From: Lama guanicoe | Lineage: Eukaryota | NCBI GenBank assembly: GCA_013239625.1 | Contig: MU054908.1 | Coordinates: forward strand, 12,536,005 to 12,600,004 | DNA length: 64,000 bases | Reading direction: 5' to 3' | Shown here: piece by piece, positions 62,065 to 64,000 of the stretch | How the letters are laid out: every line of letters starts with the position of its first letter | Numbering within the stretch: the stretch's first letter is position 1 | Program-made: the position numbers and the translations under genes | Notes under the pieces: generated by a model | Databases searched by the model: none | The model's input: the letters and a program-made list of their open reading frames with translations, nothing else | Told to the model about the DNA's origin: nothing

Positions 62065-62250
62065 ATTAATATTACCATGTGCTGAACACCTACCGTGTGT
62101 CCGACGTAAGCCTACGTGCTCCACGCGCTCGGAGCCTGGCCAGCCTCCAAGGCTAATGTTAGGAGCTCCATTTTACAGATTCAAGGATGTTAAAGGGCCG
62201 GTTCAGAACCATAGCTAGTAAACGGTAGAGCTACATTTGAAACCCCAGTT
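62065..62250 (-). mobile_element. MIR SINE (degenerate)
   Basis: ctccattttacagat...agctagtaaacggtagagct. Confidence 0.6.
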
Positions 62251-64000
62251 TGCTTTCTTTTATAAATACAAATGAAAGCAGTTAATACAATCCACAAACA
62301 ATTGAGTATTAGTGTGTCCAAAAGAACATGGATTGTTACGGCAAATATAATCTACTTGTGAGTATAGGATTTCTTTACAAGAAAGAAGAAGAAATGTAAT
62401 TTTGTTTCCATCTCTTGATTCCCACCCTGTCTATGGTCTTTGAGATCGTTTTTACTTATCTTTCTATGCTAGCCCTTGGCACATAATAAGGATTCGCATA
62501 ACTAGGCCATGTCGTGAATTGTGAATCGGCTCTAAATACAATCTAGGAACATTGCGACGTTCCCCCCTAAGATGGTGCTAAAAAATCAAATATAAGTTGG
62601 AGTGTTGAGAAGTAAATTAACTAAGAAAAAAATTTTTTTCTAACTTCCCAAGGTTCAAGAGTTTCAAAATCTAAACACTTTGGTTGCTAAATCTTAATAT
62701 CTCCTTTTCAGACAAGCTGCAAGATGATGAAATTGCTAGAGATTTTCGGGAGGCTCCTCAGTGGTACCTAAGGGTAGTCGTGTGGGTCACATGGGTAACT
62801 GCGGCCCAGCAAGATGTTGCATTTCATCAGATATTTAGTTTCAGCAATTCGGACTGCGTGGCTATCTTAATGAACACAGCATGTACATTAAGTAAGGTTA
62901 GAGCTTCTTCCTGGAAAAGCAAATTTACTCCAACACCTGTCACAATCACCCTTTTAAGGGGAGTGGACAAACGTGGCTGACATGTGACCTTTTAACCTCC
63001 CAGGCACTTCCATACCTGGGGCGTTTTCCCTAGCAATGTGCAGCCAGCGCTGTTTGTTTGCACTCTCCTCTGTTATCCTGTTGTTTGTTTTGCCCACACC
63101 GCTGTATTTGCGCTGAACACAGCTCAGACCCCACCACAAGCACGGCCTCTGGTCTGACATGAAGACAGCCTCCGAGAGGGGAAATTCTCCACAGTGCCGC
63201 CTAGTGTGTAGACCTGGCGTGGGGGTGTTACTTCCCCTACTGCCACTAGACCCTGACGTGGCAAAACACATTTTTGTAAGGTGCACAGGCACACCTTCTT
63301 TTTTCCCAGCCCTGTTTCCGTGTACTCTCTTCCACTAGAGATGGGCCTGTGTTCAGATGTTACCTTGTTCCTGAGTGTGGCCAAGTGGTGGCTCACTGGC
63401 TGGAAAGCCGGAGAAAGGGTTTTTGCTTTGAGTCAGAGGTTGAATTAAATGACCTTTTTAAATCCTGAGATTCTCTGATTCTACAGAGAGGGGTAAAAAG
63501 GCAAGTATTCATGGCACTTAATTCTAAAACATTGCTTTGGCAAAGGATTATAGAATAGGATGAGGTAAAATATACAAATATTCTTAAGCAAATAATTTAC
63601 TAATAGTGTTAATTAGCACCTTAGCTGTACTCAGTTTCTGCCATGGACTTGGGTTTCTCTGTACTATTAAAAGTGGCCATAGACTTCTCAGCATAGTCAG
63701 ATTTCAAGAAAAGGCTGAATGGAGGTCCATATATATCTAATTGCTCAGTCATGCTTCAATTCTTGATGTGCATGATTTTTCTCTGTGCTCAGTTCTCATT
63801 AGAGCCCTCCACTCGCCATGATTTCCAGGCTCATCTGAAAACAAAATCCATTTCCTAAAGTTTCTGTGTGGTTAGCCAGAGGACTTTACCCACCTGGAAT
63901 TCGATTTCTCCATTTGAAAATTAGGAGGATATTTGAGACTTCTCTATCTCAGTAAAAATCAAAATAGGGACGCCTGTTAAAGCTGGTAAAACTCAATTCT

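Noticed and set aside
1-64000. Naming the host gene or locus; CRISPR arrays, rRNA, NUMT or viral insertions
   Set aside because: No recognisable exon anchors a gene name, and I saw no repeat-spacer array, rRNA, mitochondrial or viral coding signal

Overview
This is 64 kb of non-coding eutherian mammalian DNA, most likely camelid, judging by two Vic-1-like tRNA-derived SINEs and camelid-type L1 3' ends, with no Alu, Bov-tA, PRE-1 or SINEC seen. I recognise no protein-coding exon or gene. The window looks like a large intron or gene desert, densely filled with ancient repeats (MIR, L2, L3/CR1, L1MC/ME, hAT MER45A and a Charlie-like element) between TE-poor, motif-rich blocks that resemble enhancers. 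Firm features are a decayed U6 retrocopy with TSDs (3565-3669, minus strand), two SINEs with TSDs, and five unreadable N blocks (163-316 nt) that all lie in unique sequence. The most unusual structures are: (1) a 60-bp inverted repeat at 28382-28663, partly built from an L2 tail, with 4 of 5 mismatches being G-U wobbles on the + strand; it lies between a dense GATA/RUNX/ETS cluster (27224-27976) and a 20-nt microexon candidate with a perfect donor (28946-28965); (2) an X-Y-X'-Z-x-Y rearrangement with an exact 497-bp duplication inside an L2 (38620-40093); (3) a POU/SOX-rich block with a very strong minus-strand splice acceptor between two N blocks (56924-57320). Repeat family names and boundaries are by eye and approximate. 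All regulatory and splicing calls are motif-based inferences.
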